The notes under the pieces were generated by a model. The model saw nothing but the letters and a program-made list of their open reading frames with translations, had not been told where the DNA came from and searched no databases. Below are positions 11,614 through 23,304 of a stretch of DNA of 64,000 nt, one piece after another. The stretch spans positions 2,240,001 through 2,304,000 of the forward strand of contig CM000154.2 of NCBI GenBank assembly GCA_000004695.1, written 5' to 3'. The stretch is from Dictyostelium discoideum. Its lineage: Eukaryota. A program made the translations under genes and the position numbers. The first letter of the stretch is position 1. The number at the start of each line of letters is the position of its first letter.

Positions 11614-12834
11614 ATGATTTTAAACTATAACTATTTTAGAATTGAAAATAATAATAATAATAATAATAAATTTGAAGATTTAAATAAATTATTTTTTAAA
11701 ATATGGAGAAATTTAATAATTAGGAATGAAATTTTAGAAAATGTTAGAAAATTTAAAAGATTTGAAAAATTACCAAAGATATGTGTTAGTTCTTATTATA
11801 TAGAGAATGAAAATAGATATTTTTATAAAAGAGTATTAATTAATGGTAGCAGTAAAAAGGAAATAATTGAGAAATTATCATATCTACCTCATACAGTTGA
11901 AGAATTAACAATTGAATATAAAAGTATTGAAGACCTACCAACCTCAAAAATATCAAATACTACCTACTTCATTCCACCATTTATAACAACATTAATATTT
12001 GAAAATTCAATTCAAGATTCAAAGATTGCATTTAATTTCATACCACCAACCATTAAAAAATTAATATTACCAATATATTTTAATCAACCCTTAAGAAATA
12101 CAATTAATGAATCAATTTTCCCAATGAATTCAAGTTTAGAATCAATTGATTTCGGTGAGAGTTTTAATAAAAATCTATATGATTTACCAAAATCTTTAAA
12201 ACAAATTAAATTGTCAAAAGATTTCAACTTAAAATTAAATAAAAATTCAATACCAAAGAATGTAAAAGAAATTGAATTTGGTAGCAAATATTCAAAATTA
12301 ATAGCAAATAATGTGCTACCACCATGTGCAATTGTAAAAAAAGCGTATACAATTAATTACAGAATTCAGATTTATAAGGCCTATGAAAAAGTATTCATCC
12401 CGAATTGGACAAAATCTTTAATACTTGGTCCAAGATGTAATGTTGACCTTTTACCAAACTTGTACAATTTAAAAATTAATTACCTATCATTGAATTGTAA
12501 AGGGTATTCTGATCTATCAAATATTTCAAAATGTAATTCAATTAGGTATATTAAATTTGGTGAAAATTTCTCACAATCAATTTCAATCAATGATTTACCT
12601 CCAAAGTTAGTTTCATTATACTTTTCAAAATCATTTTACCAAACAATTACAAAATCAATGTTACCAAAAAATTTAAATTTTTTATATTTAAAATCTGATA
12701 ACATCGATATTGAATTCCCATTAAATATGAAATATTTAGCAATATTTATTTCAAAAAATAATAAATATATTATTAATAAAATTAATGAAGATCCAAATAT
12801 AATTAAAGAAAATAAAATTCATATAGTTTTATAA
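11614..12834 (+). CDS. FNIP-repeat-containing protein (406 aa)
   Basis: Repeated ~22-aa units of the Dictyostelium FNIP repeat type (e.g. YFNQPL..IPKNVKEIEFG, FGESFNKNLYDLPKSLKQIKL, FGENFSQSISINDLPPKLVSLYFS). Single exon with an ATG start. Confidence 0.75.
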   Translation: MILNYNYFRIENNNNNNNKFEDLNKLFFKIWRNLIIRNEILENVRKFKRFEKLPKICVSSYYIENENRYFYKRVLINGSSKKEIIEKLSYLPHTVEELTIEYKSIEDLPTSKISNTTYFIPPFITTLIFENSIQDSKIAFNFIPPTIKKLILPIYFNQPLRNTINESIFPMNSSLESIDFGESFNKNLYDLPKSLKQIKLSKDFNLKLNKNSIPKNVKEIEFGSKYSKLIANNVLPPCAIVKKAYTINYRIQIYKAYEKVFIPNWTKSLILGPRCNVDLLPNLYNLKINYLSLNCKGYSDLSNISKCNSIRYIKFGENFSQSISINDLPPKLVSLYFSKSFYQTITKSMLPKNLNFLYLKSDNIDIEFPLNMKYLAIFISKNNKYIINKINEDPNIIKENKIHIVL

Positions 12835-12901
12835 TAAAACTAATAATAAATAATAATTTTTGTTAGTTTTTTTTTTTTGTTTAAAAAAATTACTTTTTTA
12901 T

Positions 12902-13483
12902 TTAGTTTTCAGCGGTTTGTTGAGTGAATTCAAAGACAACTTCTTTACCAGTTAATTTGTGGTAGACAGCAGAGAAGGAGTCAACTTTAGAGATGTTTGA
13001 TAACATTTCTTTACGATCTAAGTAGATTTTGTGGAGTTTTGAACCATCTAATCTGTATCTTAAACGACGACCAACAATAGTGTTTGGGAATACTAAATCA
13101 TCGAGAATAGCATCGTGGACAGCTTTAATGGTACGGGAGATTGGTCTCTTTTGCATTTTAATCTTGTTGTTTGAGGCTGGCTTACGGATGATACGTCTTT
13201 GGGCAATGAACATAACTTGTTTACCACCGAGTTTCTTTTCAACTTCATAGGTTAATTTTTGTTGGATTTTGTTGTAGTTTTTGAGTTGACGGAATGGAAC
13301 AAAGATGACAACAGCTTTTTTGGATTCAGCAACATCGACTTCCTTGACTGAACAGACTGATAAATCTTTTAAGTCTTTTAATTCGGCGTTGTTGTTTTCC
13401 AAATCAACTAATGCTTGGGCAACAGTGTTTTCGAATTCAGTGGCAACTTTACCAGCTGGTTTGATGATTTTCTTGTTAAGCAT
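12902..13483 (-). CDS. rps7: 40S ribosomal protein S7e (193 aa)
   Basis: Full-length collinear match to eukaryotic RPS7 (..IIFVPFRQLKNYNKIQQKLTYEVEKKLGGKQVMFIAQRRII.., ..RTIKAVHDAILDDLVFPNTIVGRRLRYRLDGSKL.., YHKLTGKEVVFEF). High-expression codon usage. Confidence 0.9.
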   Translation of the reverse strand: MLNKKIIKPAGKVATEFENTVAQALVDLENNNAELKDLKDLSVCSVKEVDVAESKKAVVIFVPFRQLKNYNKIQQKLTYEVEKKLGGKQVMFIAQRRIIRKPASNNKIKMQKRPISRTIKAVHDAILDDLVFPNTIVGRRLRYRLDGSKLHKIYLDRKEMLSNISKVDSFSAVYHKLTGKEVVFEFTQQTAEN

Positions 13484-14040
13484 TTTGGTTGTCTATTTAA
13501 ATAATATAAATTAAATATAATTAATAATCTATATCTAATTATTGATAAATTTCATTCTGTAATTTCTTTGTCTCTTTAATATATATTATCTCTCCTCTCT
13601 ATTATCTCTAATATATCTATTGTCTATCATATGTATTGTATCCAATCTATATCCAATCTATATTCAATCCATATTGTATATCAACTATCTATTATTATAT
13701 TGAGGATTTGAGATATTTATTCATCAATCCAATATCATAGCTTTGATATTATTTTTTATTATTGTCATATCTAGTATCCACATACCAAAGGTCTAAAGTT
13801 AAGGCTAAAAAGGGAGAATTATATTATCAAAAACGTTTTTGTGAGTCACGCAAAAAAAAAAAAAAATTTTCAAAAATTTTATTCAAAAAATTGAAAATTT
13901 TTTAGTTGAAATTTTTATATGAGTTGTTACTGATATAATTATTTTTTTTTTGGCCAGCCGTTTAAGAGAAAAGTGTAAAAATTTTAATTTAAAAAAAAAA
14001 AAAAAACAATAATATTAATTATACATTATATTATCAATTA

Positions 14041-14230
14041 TTACAAACATTAAAAAAAAAGTGAAATGAAATGAAATAAAATAAAATGAAATGAAATTAA
14101 AAAAAAAATGAAATGTGGTGAAATAAAATAAAACAAAATGAATTAAAAAAAAAAAATGAAATAAAATAAAATGAAATATGTTGGAATAAAACAAAATGAA
14201 ATGGAATAAAATATAATAAAATAAAAAACA
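14041..14230. repeat. Degenerate (GAAAT/AAAAT)n pentanucleotide satellite-like tract (~190 bp)
   Basis: gtgaaatgaaatgaaataaaataaaatgaaatgaaat... read directly, in an intergenic region. Confidence 0.8.
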
Positions 14231-14542
14231 TTATTAATTATATTATTAATTAAAATTATAGTAACATGAATTATTTTTTTTAACTATTTTTATTTTATTT
14301 TTATTAAAATGAATATTTACGCATTAAAAGAATATTTTTTTATCTTGTTTTTATATAGTATATATATATATATATATATTTTTTTTACAAATGGAATATA
14401 TAAAATTCCAACACAGTTTATTTTTTATTTTTTTATTTTTTTTTTTTTATTATTTTTTTTTTTTATACAAGAAAATGGAGAGATATATGGCATTATATTG
14501 GATGAAGAAAAATGTATACAAGATGATTATAATTAAATCCTC

Positions 14543-15186
14543 TTATTTCTTGCTGAATCTATCATTTAAAGTGATTGATTTTTCATAATGTTTAACAAAT
14601 CTTGTTGGTTTGTTGTTTGAAGAGGTAGTAACAGTTCTGGTTGGTCTTGTTGCAACAGATCTAGTTGGTGCTCTAATGGATCTTTGTTGAGTAGCAACTC
14701 TTATTTTTGGACGAATACTAATTGGTTTTGGTAATGGTTTAGCTTTGTTGTTTTGAATTTGAATTTTAATTTTATCTGGGCTAACAAGTTTGTTTCTTTT
14801 TAAAAAAAAAAAAAAAAAAAAATTAATAATCAATTTACAATATTATTAAAATTTGGTTGAATGATAATTACTTCATTGGTGAAACTGATAAAGTCTTTTT
14901 AACTCTTGGTGAGCTAATGAATTTTTTAGTGGTGTTGTTGTTATTGTTGTTATTGTTGTTGTTGTTATGGGTATTGGTTCTTGGTCTGTTGTTAGTTTTT
15001 CCTATTCTATTTTTGGCATGATTCTATGAATATTAATGTGCAAAAATAGAATTTTTTAAAAAAATAAATTGAGAGAAAAAAAAAAAAAAAAAATATTTGT
15101 TAGGGCACTAACCAATTTTATATTTTTATATTTTTATATAAAACTTACATTTCTTTTTTCGTTTTTGCTTTCTTTAATAAATTCAT
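14543..15186 (-). CDS. Small basic Asn/Thr/Pro/Arg-rich hypothetical protein, predicted 3 exons (15149..15186, 14882..15016, 14543..14795)
   Basis: Exon 1 is ATGAATTTATTAAAGAAAGCAAAAACGAAAAAAGAAAT|GTAAGT (phase 2). Exon 2 follows acceptor AAAAATAG, encodes ...[42 protein letters not shown] and ends AA|GTAATT. Exon 3 is the track ORF 14543..14833 entered after a T21-AAAAAG acceptor (NKLVSPDK...RFVKHYEKSITLNDRFSKK*). Phases are consistent across all three. No recognisable family. Confidence 0.4.
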
Positions 15187-16320
15187 CTGTTATTGTTTTT
15201 ATATTGTATTATATTATTTATTTTATTTTTATTTTTTAATTTTTTTTTTTTTTTTTTTTTTGAAAGGAATGATTAATATTAGAGAATTGGAGAAGAAGAG
15301 GCATAAATAAAGTGAAAAAAAAAAAAAAAAAATGCACAGTATATCCGGGTTTTCTTTGCTTTCCCCGACTGTAATATAATAATGATAAAATTAAAACGCG
15401 ATGGTGTTATATATTTTTTTTTCCCTTTTTTTATTTTTATTTTTTTTTTATAAAAGATTATTTAAAAAGAGATAATTTTTTTTTTTTTTGATATTAAATT
15501 GATATTAAATTGATTATATACCTAAAGCCATATTAATTCTCTTTGAAGTGAGAGCAATATCTACATCTGATTGTTTTTGTGTTGCTGACATTTTATATTG
15601 TTGAGTTTGTATTTAAAAAAAAAAAAAAGAAAGTTTTTAAAGTGTGTTTTGAAAAAAAAAAAAAAAAATGAGAATTGATAGAGTTAAATTTTTTTTTTTT
15701 TTTTTAAAATTAAAAAAATTGGAAAAAAAAAAAAAAAAAAAAAATTAAAAAAAAAAAAAAATAAAAAATAAAATAAAATAAATAAAATTTGTGTGTAACT
15801 GAATAAAAAAAAAAAGAAATACAACAAAATTTTTTTTATTTTTATTTATTTTTTTTTTGTTTTTATTTTTTTTTTTTTTTGTTTTTTTTTATATAGAAAT
15901 CGGGTAGCTAACATGCTTTCCATATTTGACAATGATAATAATTTTAATTTTTTTTTTTTTTTATTTTTATTTTTTTTTATGGTTGGGGAGTTTGGTTCTA
16001 AAAATAAAACTTGGGGTCATATTTGGAATTTAAATCACAAAAAAAAAGAAAAAAAAAAAAAAAAGTGGGGTAATATAAAAAATATATATTTTTCCAAAAA
16101 CCAAAATTTTTTTTTTTTTTCTAAATACAAACAAAAACATAAAATTATCAAAAAAAAAAAAAAAAAAAAAATAAATAAATAGAAATAAAAAAAACAAATA
16201 AATTTATACTTTAGTAATGGCAAGTTGCACTAGAATTTGTTTACAACAAAATTTATTTTTAATTATTTTGAATTTTTTTTTTTTTTTTTACATTTAATTC
16301 GTAATTCACAAACTTTTTAT

Positions 16321-16449
16321 TTAGAAATCATTTGATCGTTTCAAAGCCTCAAATCTTGCAGTTAATTCATCATAATCTGGGTAGCCAGTATCTGATGATG
16401 GTTGATATGGTGGTGGTATATTATTATTATTATTATTATTATTATTATG

Positions 16450-16488
<39 letters not shown>

Positions 16489-17683
16489 GTTATTATAATT
16501 ATTATTGCCATTATTAAATTTATCATTGCTATAACCATCACTATTATTAGTTGAGATTGTTGGGAATTGTGGTGTTTGATTACCACTATTATTGTTATAA
16601 AAAGATGGTGGGGCACTTGGGAATTGTGGTGATTGTTGTTGTTGTTGATATTGTTGTTGGATTTGTTGTTGATGTTGAATTTGAGAAAAAGTTGGTTGTT
16701 GTGGTGGTGACATAATTGGGAAAGATGGCATTTGGGGTTGTTGTTGTTGTTGTATAATTTGTGGTGGTGGTTGTAAAATTTGAGGTTGTTGTTGATGATG
16801 TATAATTTGTGGTGGTGGTTGTAAAATTTGTGGTTGTTGTTGTACAATGATTGGTTGTGGCATTATGAGTTGTGGTGGTGGTGGATAATCTGAACCACAC
16901 CAATCTACATTAAATTTCTCTGCAATTTCTGAAAGTGTTTGAAAAATTATTGATGGATCAGGTGTGGCGTATGATAATTTATGTACAATCTTTGGATTAA
17001 CATGAGTGCTGCAATGACAATTTGCCTCATTTTCTAATCCTTTTCCATATTTTGCCTTTAATTGATTTTTAATTTGTTCCAATTCTGGTATTTGAATTCT
17101 TTGTGATGAATATACTAATGTAAATATTGATTCTTTCATTTCTAATGGCATTTCACTTTATTTTAATTAAAAAAAAGAAAAAAAAAAAAAAAAAAAAAAA
17201 AAAGAATTAGTTTATTTTTTAAAAAGTTATAAAAACCAATAATTTAAAGTGGAAGAAATTCTCCAAATTAATAAAAAAAAATAAAAAAATAAAATATAAT
17301 AAATAAATAAAAACATACGTTGTTGCATTAATTAAATTAATTCTGGCATGTAATAATTCACATAAAACTTCAATGATTTGAAAACATTCAATTAAATATT
17401 CATCTCTGATGATAGTTTCAACTCTGATTCTAGCACTTTCTTCATTCTTTTTTCTTAATAATTCTGCGACATTTCTTTTTTCATCTCTTACAATATTTGC
17501 TTTTTTATTCTTTAAAATTTGAATTCTACTTACTGCAAGTTTAAGTTGAACTTTTCTAAATAAGTTTTAGAAATAAAATAAAAAATAAAAATAAAAAGTA
17601 AAAAATTAACAAAAAAAAGAATCAAATATTAATAAACACATATTCTTATTTGGTGTTTTTGTTTTTGTTTTGCTTTGTTTTTT

Positions 17684-17720
<37 letters not shown>

Positions 17721-17763
17721 CCTACAATTTATATGAATCATATGATGGGCCAAATCCAAACAT
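16321..17763 (-). CDS. ist1: IST1 homolog (ESCRT-III-associated, MIT-interacting), 3 exons: 17726..17763, 17319..17555, 16321..17155; ~369 aa
   Basis: Exon 1 is MFGFGPSYDSYK + TT|GTAGGT. Exon 2 (acceptor tatttag) encodes LKVQLKLAVSRIQILKNKKANIVRDEKRNVAELLRKKNEESARIRVETIIRDEYLIECFQIIEVLCELLHARINLINAT, matching human IST1 KAERLRVNLRLVINRLKLLEKKK..ARIRVEHIIREDYLVEAMEILELYCDLLLARFGLI. Its donor is AC|GTATGT. Exon 3 (acceptor aaataaag) encodes TEMPLEMKESIFTLVYSSQRIQIPELEQIKNQLKAKYGK...HKLSYATPDPSIIFQTLSEIAEKFNVDW plus a Pro/Gln-rich tail. Total 1110 nt, in frame. Confidence 0.8.
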
Positions 17764-18353
17764 TGTTCTTATTTATTTGTTTTGATAGATAAATTAAATC
17801 TTTTATATTTAAATAATAGACTATTAAAAACAATAATAAATAAAAAAAAAAACCCACCAAAAAAAAAAAAAAAAAACTAAATAAAAAATATTTTTATTAT
17901 GCTGCTTAAAAATTCAAACTATAAATTTTTTTAATTTTTAATTTTTTTTTTATTTTTTTTTATTTTTTAATTATTTTTTTTTATTTTTTTTTTTTTTTGG
18001 GAAAATAATATCAAAATGAATTTTTAAGTTTATAAATATTTATAAACTTTAAAAAAAAATTTAAGTTAATCATAATTTCTTTTTTTTTTTTTTTTATTTT
18101 TTTTTTTTAAAAGAATAAAAAAAGAAGAATAAAAAAAAAAATAAAATAAAAAAAAAAAAAAAAAAAAAAAAGATATTTCAAACATGAATTTCTTAAAATA
18201 GTGGGATGTTTTTTTTTTTTTCCATTTCTAAAAATAAATTAAAACAATCATTAGAATAAAAATACTTTATTGATGATTTGATTATTTCTTTTTTTTTTAG
18301 GATTTACCAATAATAATAATAAAATTGTTATTATTATTAATTATTATTATTAT

Positions 18354-18517
18354 TTATAAAAATACATCATTATCTTCATTATCAAAAACGCTAGTATTTA
18401 ATTTTCCAGTTGCCTCGCTGACATTCTTTGAAATTGTGGTTGTTGAAATTCTATTTTGTCCTTCAATATCGATATCATTATTATTATTTTCTATTTTATT
18501 TACATTATTTTTATCTA

Positions 18518-18581
<64 letters not shown>

Positions 18582-18632
18582 TATTTGATGTATTTTAACT
18601 TCTTGTTTTTCATTATTATTTTTAATATCCTT

Positions 18633-18665
<33 letters not shown>

Positions 18666-19643
18666 ATTGTTATTTAAATTTTCAAATCTTCTTAAATGAA
18701 CTTCAATATGAATATTAAGTTCATCAGATCTTGAAAGATAGGAGAAATCACCACCACTTTTTAAGAGGGCAGTTTTAGCATTTGGATAATATTTATAAAC
18801 CTCTTCACGTAATTTCTCGGGTATAGTTGAATCTAAACAATCAATGATTGTTATATTATCCATTAGACCACCTGATGGATTTAATAGACTTACAGGTGAA
18901 CAGTTTAAAGTTAAACGTGATGCCAATTCATTTTGATTTAAAGTTTCCAATTGATCAACCATGAAATCTACAGCTTCTCTCGTTTCATTATCTAATAAAC
19001 CTGATGGGAAATTATTTAAAATGATCTTTTTCAATAGAAATTCTGGTAATAATGAAAATAATGATGATCCAATTGAATTGTCATAAAAGTATTGAGTATC
19101 TGAGAATGTGTTATTCAATATTAATGATAATACACGAGATGGTTTACTTTGATAAAAACATTGTGCTAAATATCCACCTAATGATGATCCAAATAAATGA
19201 ACTGGTTTATCTAATTCTAATCTATCTAAAAATCTTTCAAATCCTTTACACCATCCTGATAATGTATCATATGGTGAAAATTGTATCTAAAATTATTTTT
19301 TTTAAAAAAAAAAAAAAAAAAAAATAAAATATATATATATATATATATAATATTAGTTTGTGTATTTGGGTAAATTATACAACTAATAATATTAAAGAGT
19401 CAATAATTTAAAGTCACTTACACTAATAACACGATGGCCTCTAGGGCATAACATTAAGAATTGTTTAAAATAGATGTCAGCTGACCCATGGGATATGAAT
19501 ATAATTGGTGCATTGTTTGTATCTTTTGGACCATAATCATAATATTTCCAAATCTTTTCATTTAAAGTACCAATACTAATCTTATTTTGTGGTGCCCATG
19601 ATCTAAATAATTGATAAGGATCTGATTGATTTAATTTGGACAT
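18354..19643 (-). CDS. spg21: Maspardin (SPG21/ACP33) homolog, alpha/beta-hydrolase fold; 2 exons: 19422..19643 and 18354..19286; ~384 aa
   Basis: Exon 1 encodes MSKLNQSDPYQLFRSWAPQNKISIGTLNEKIWKYYDYGPKDTNNAPIIFISHGSADIYFKQFLMLCPRGHRVIS (human: [44 protein letters not shown]) and ends at GTAAGT. Exon 2 (acceptor ttttag) encodes IQFSPYDTLSGWCKGFERFLDRLELDKPVHLFGSSLGGYLAQCFYQSKPSRVLSLILNNTFSDTQYF...LLKKIILNNFPSG...NELASRLTLNC, collinear with human maspardin. A poly-N insertion lies near the C-terminus. Confidence 0.85.
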
Positions 19644-19985
19644 ACTTTTAAAGTAAAGTTGGAATATATATATATATTATATAGTTTTTATAAAATTTAT
19701 TATTATTTATAAATTATTAAAACAGGTTTTTTTTTTTTCGGGGTGGGGAATTAAAAAAAAAATTAAGGGAATTGGAAAAAAAAAAAAAAAATTTAAAAAA
19801 ATTGGAAAAAAAAAAAAAAAAAAAAATTAAAAAGGTTTTTTGAATCCTCAAATGAAAAATCAAAAAACTGTTTTTTTTAAAAAAAAAAACAATACCCTTT
19901 TTGATATTTGCTTTTTTTTCATTTTATTTTTTATTATTTTATTTTATTTAAAATACGGGATTAAATTTTTTTATTTGTTTTAATG

Positions 19986-20031
<46 letters not shown>

Positions 20032-20227
20032 GTTTGAGCTTATATGATTTTTTTTTATTTTTATTTTTAGAAAAAATTGCTTATAAAATGAAGAAAAAAA
20101 AAAAAAAAAAAACAATGCCCTGTAGTTTTGAATTTTTTTTAATAATAATATAAAATTATTTTTTTAATTTTTTATTTTTTTTTTTTAATGTTTTTTTTAT
20201 ATTATTTCAAAATATTAATCCCCGAGA

Positions 20228-20268
<41 letters not shown>

Positions 20269-20285
20269 CGTGTTTCAATTTTCAA

Positions 20286-23272
20286 ATGAAAGGAATAAAA
20301 ATAATTTTAATTTTATTTTTAATACTTAAAATAAATTTAATAAAATCTCAAGAACCAATAAATATATTTATTAAAAATGGTGATGATCTTTGTAAAATTA
20401 ATAATTATTTAATACCATTTTCAAATTCAACCTTACCAATAATTTTAAACATTCAGAATGGAAATTATTATTCAACATGTAAAATAATAATAAATAATAT
20501 AAATAATTTAACTATAATACCCAATAATAATAAAAATAATAATAATAATAATGATAATAATGATAATAAAAATAATAATATTAATTTGATTGATATTGAA
20601 TTTGATTTTAAAGATTCAAATATTGAATTTTTAGAAATTAATTTTAAAAATCAAAATAATAGTAAAATTAATATTGAAAGTAGTAGTATAATATTAAGTG
20701 ATAGTAAATTAATATTAGGGGTATATTTTGAAAGTTTAAAAAGTTTTTTAAGAATTAATAATTCAATTATTAGTGATTCAGTATTTGTAATTTATAATTC
20801 AACAGTTTTAATTGATAATTCAACGATTAAATTCAATGAAATTTTTCAATATATAATAACGGCGACTAATACTACTACATCTTATTCATTATTACTTTAC
20901 AGTATATTTTCACAAAGTGAAACAAATATATCAATTAAAAATGGAATAATTGAATCAAATGGTTATTATAATAGTAATTTACAATTATTTAGTGATGGTA
21001 TTGAAGATTTAACAAATTCAATAACAATTGAAAATATAATAATTAAAGGATTTTCAAATAGTAAATTATTAATTGAAGCAAATGGAAATCAATTAATTAT
21101 TACAAATATTACCATAACAAATTGTAATTCAATAGTATTCATTTCAACTCAATCAATTCAATCAATTACAATAAATGGTATATTATTAATTGGAAATAAA
21201 AATTTTATATTAATTTATATAAATAAACTTTGTAATTTAAATATAAAAAATTTATTAACTAGTTGTGATAATGGTGTAAATAAAAATTCAGCATTAATTA
21301 AAAGTAGTGAATATATTGAACTTAATAATAATAATAATAATAATAATACAACAAATTATCAAATAAATATTAGTAATTCAAAATTACATTGTTTTGGAAA
21401 TTCAATTTTTAAAAGTTCAGAAATTAAAATTGAAAATGTTTCAATTTTAACGAATCCATTATTTCAAATTGATGATAGTTTTTTCATATTAAATAATAGT
21501 GATTTAAATATGAAATCAAGTTCAATAGTTTCAATTAGTTATTTTAAAGTATTGAGTGATTATTTCTTTCAACTTGAAAATCAATCAAATTTAGTAATTG
21601 ATAATTGTACATTTACAAACAGTACATCTGGAATGATATCAGCAATCAATAAATCTAAAGTATTATTATCAAGTATAGTTATTAATAATATTCAATTAGA
21701 TAATATACCATTTTTTAATATTAATAATTATTCACAATTAGTGATATCAAATAGTAGTAGTAGTAGTAGTAATCAATACAATGGTGTGATTATTGGTTTA
21801 AATATTAAAAAATATTATGGAACCAATTCACCATTAATTCTATCAACTTCAAATTCTATAATAAATATAGAATCATTAGAATTATCAGAAATTTCATTTA
21901 ATTCAAATAATAAAAATAATAATTATAATGTAATTGCAATTATAAATTTATTTTCATCAAGTTTATATATTAAAAATTCAATAATATCTCATTGTTATTC
22001 AACAGATTCAATTTTTAATTCAAATGATGGAACTGATTTTTTAGTTGAAAATGTAAAATTCTTTCAAAATTTTATAATATCATCTCAACAAAGCACAACA
22101 AGAAAACACAACAGAATTTATTTGGTAAAAGGATGGGTAGTATATTTGAACTGCAGGTTGATAATGTGAATTTTACAAATGTAGAATTTAAAAAGAATTC
22201 ATTTAGTCCAATATTAGGAACCTATAAATCAAATAATATAATATTAAATAGTATTATATCTGAGGATAATTTGGGATCATTTTGGTTTTCAACAAATGAT
22301 AAAAACTTGATTTCAAATAATTTATCATTGATTAATAGTAGAGTCCCAATTAATTATTTCTTTGGCTCATTATTTTCAAAAAATATAACATTTTCAAATT
22401 TATCATTAAAAAATAACTATTTCTTAAATTACTTATTTGATATTTATTATGGTGATTTGGTATTGTTTGAAAATGTTACATACTTTAATAATAAAGTCAT
22501 TAGTACACAAGGTAAAGATAATTGGCCATTCTTAAATAGGTATATGTCTCCAATGGATTTAACATACTCTCAATTTAGATTCTTAAATAATAATCAATTA
22601 AAATTTAAAAATTTCAATGTAATTGATAATCATTTCTTTTCAAGCATGATTTATATTTATGAATCAAATTTTATATTTGAAATTGGTAATATTGAATTTA
22701 ATAAATTTTATAATTATTCAAGAACTTCATTTTTAATTTCACAACATTCAATAATAAATTTAAATAAAATTAATTTCATTTCAAATAATTCAACTTATAA
22801 TATTTTATTTGATAGTGATAGTGATATTAGTGGTGGTGGTAGTAGTGGTAATAATAATATAAAAGGTGAAAATGAAATATTTGGATTAATTTATACATTT
22901 AATTCAAATTTTACTATGGATTCTGGTATACTCTTATGGAATGATTTCCCATTTAGTAATGGTTCAATAATTAATCATGCTTGTTTATCATCATCAGTAC
23001 ATTCCTATACTCTTTCAATTATTAATTCACAAATTTCTAATAGTATTTCAAATTTTGGTACTTTACATTTAGAATTTTCAATGGATAAAAATAATCAAGT
23101 TTTATTAAAAAATAATACATTTTCAAATAATTTTGCAAAAACTGGTTCTGTACTATATGTAATTGGTTTTGGTAATATTGGTAATTATAATCAATCAATT
23201 TTTTATAATTCAAATAGTTTTCAAAATAATTCTTGTATTTTTGGTAATAGTATAATTTCTTCAGGTATTTAT

Positions 23273-23304
<32 letters not shown>

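Noticed and set aside
15913-16223. Overlapping 89-aa and 62-aa ORFs
   Set aside because: These are poly-K/F translations of A/T runs in the IST1 3' flank. They are not coding.
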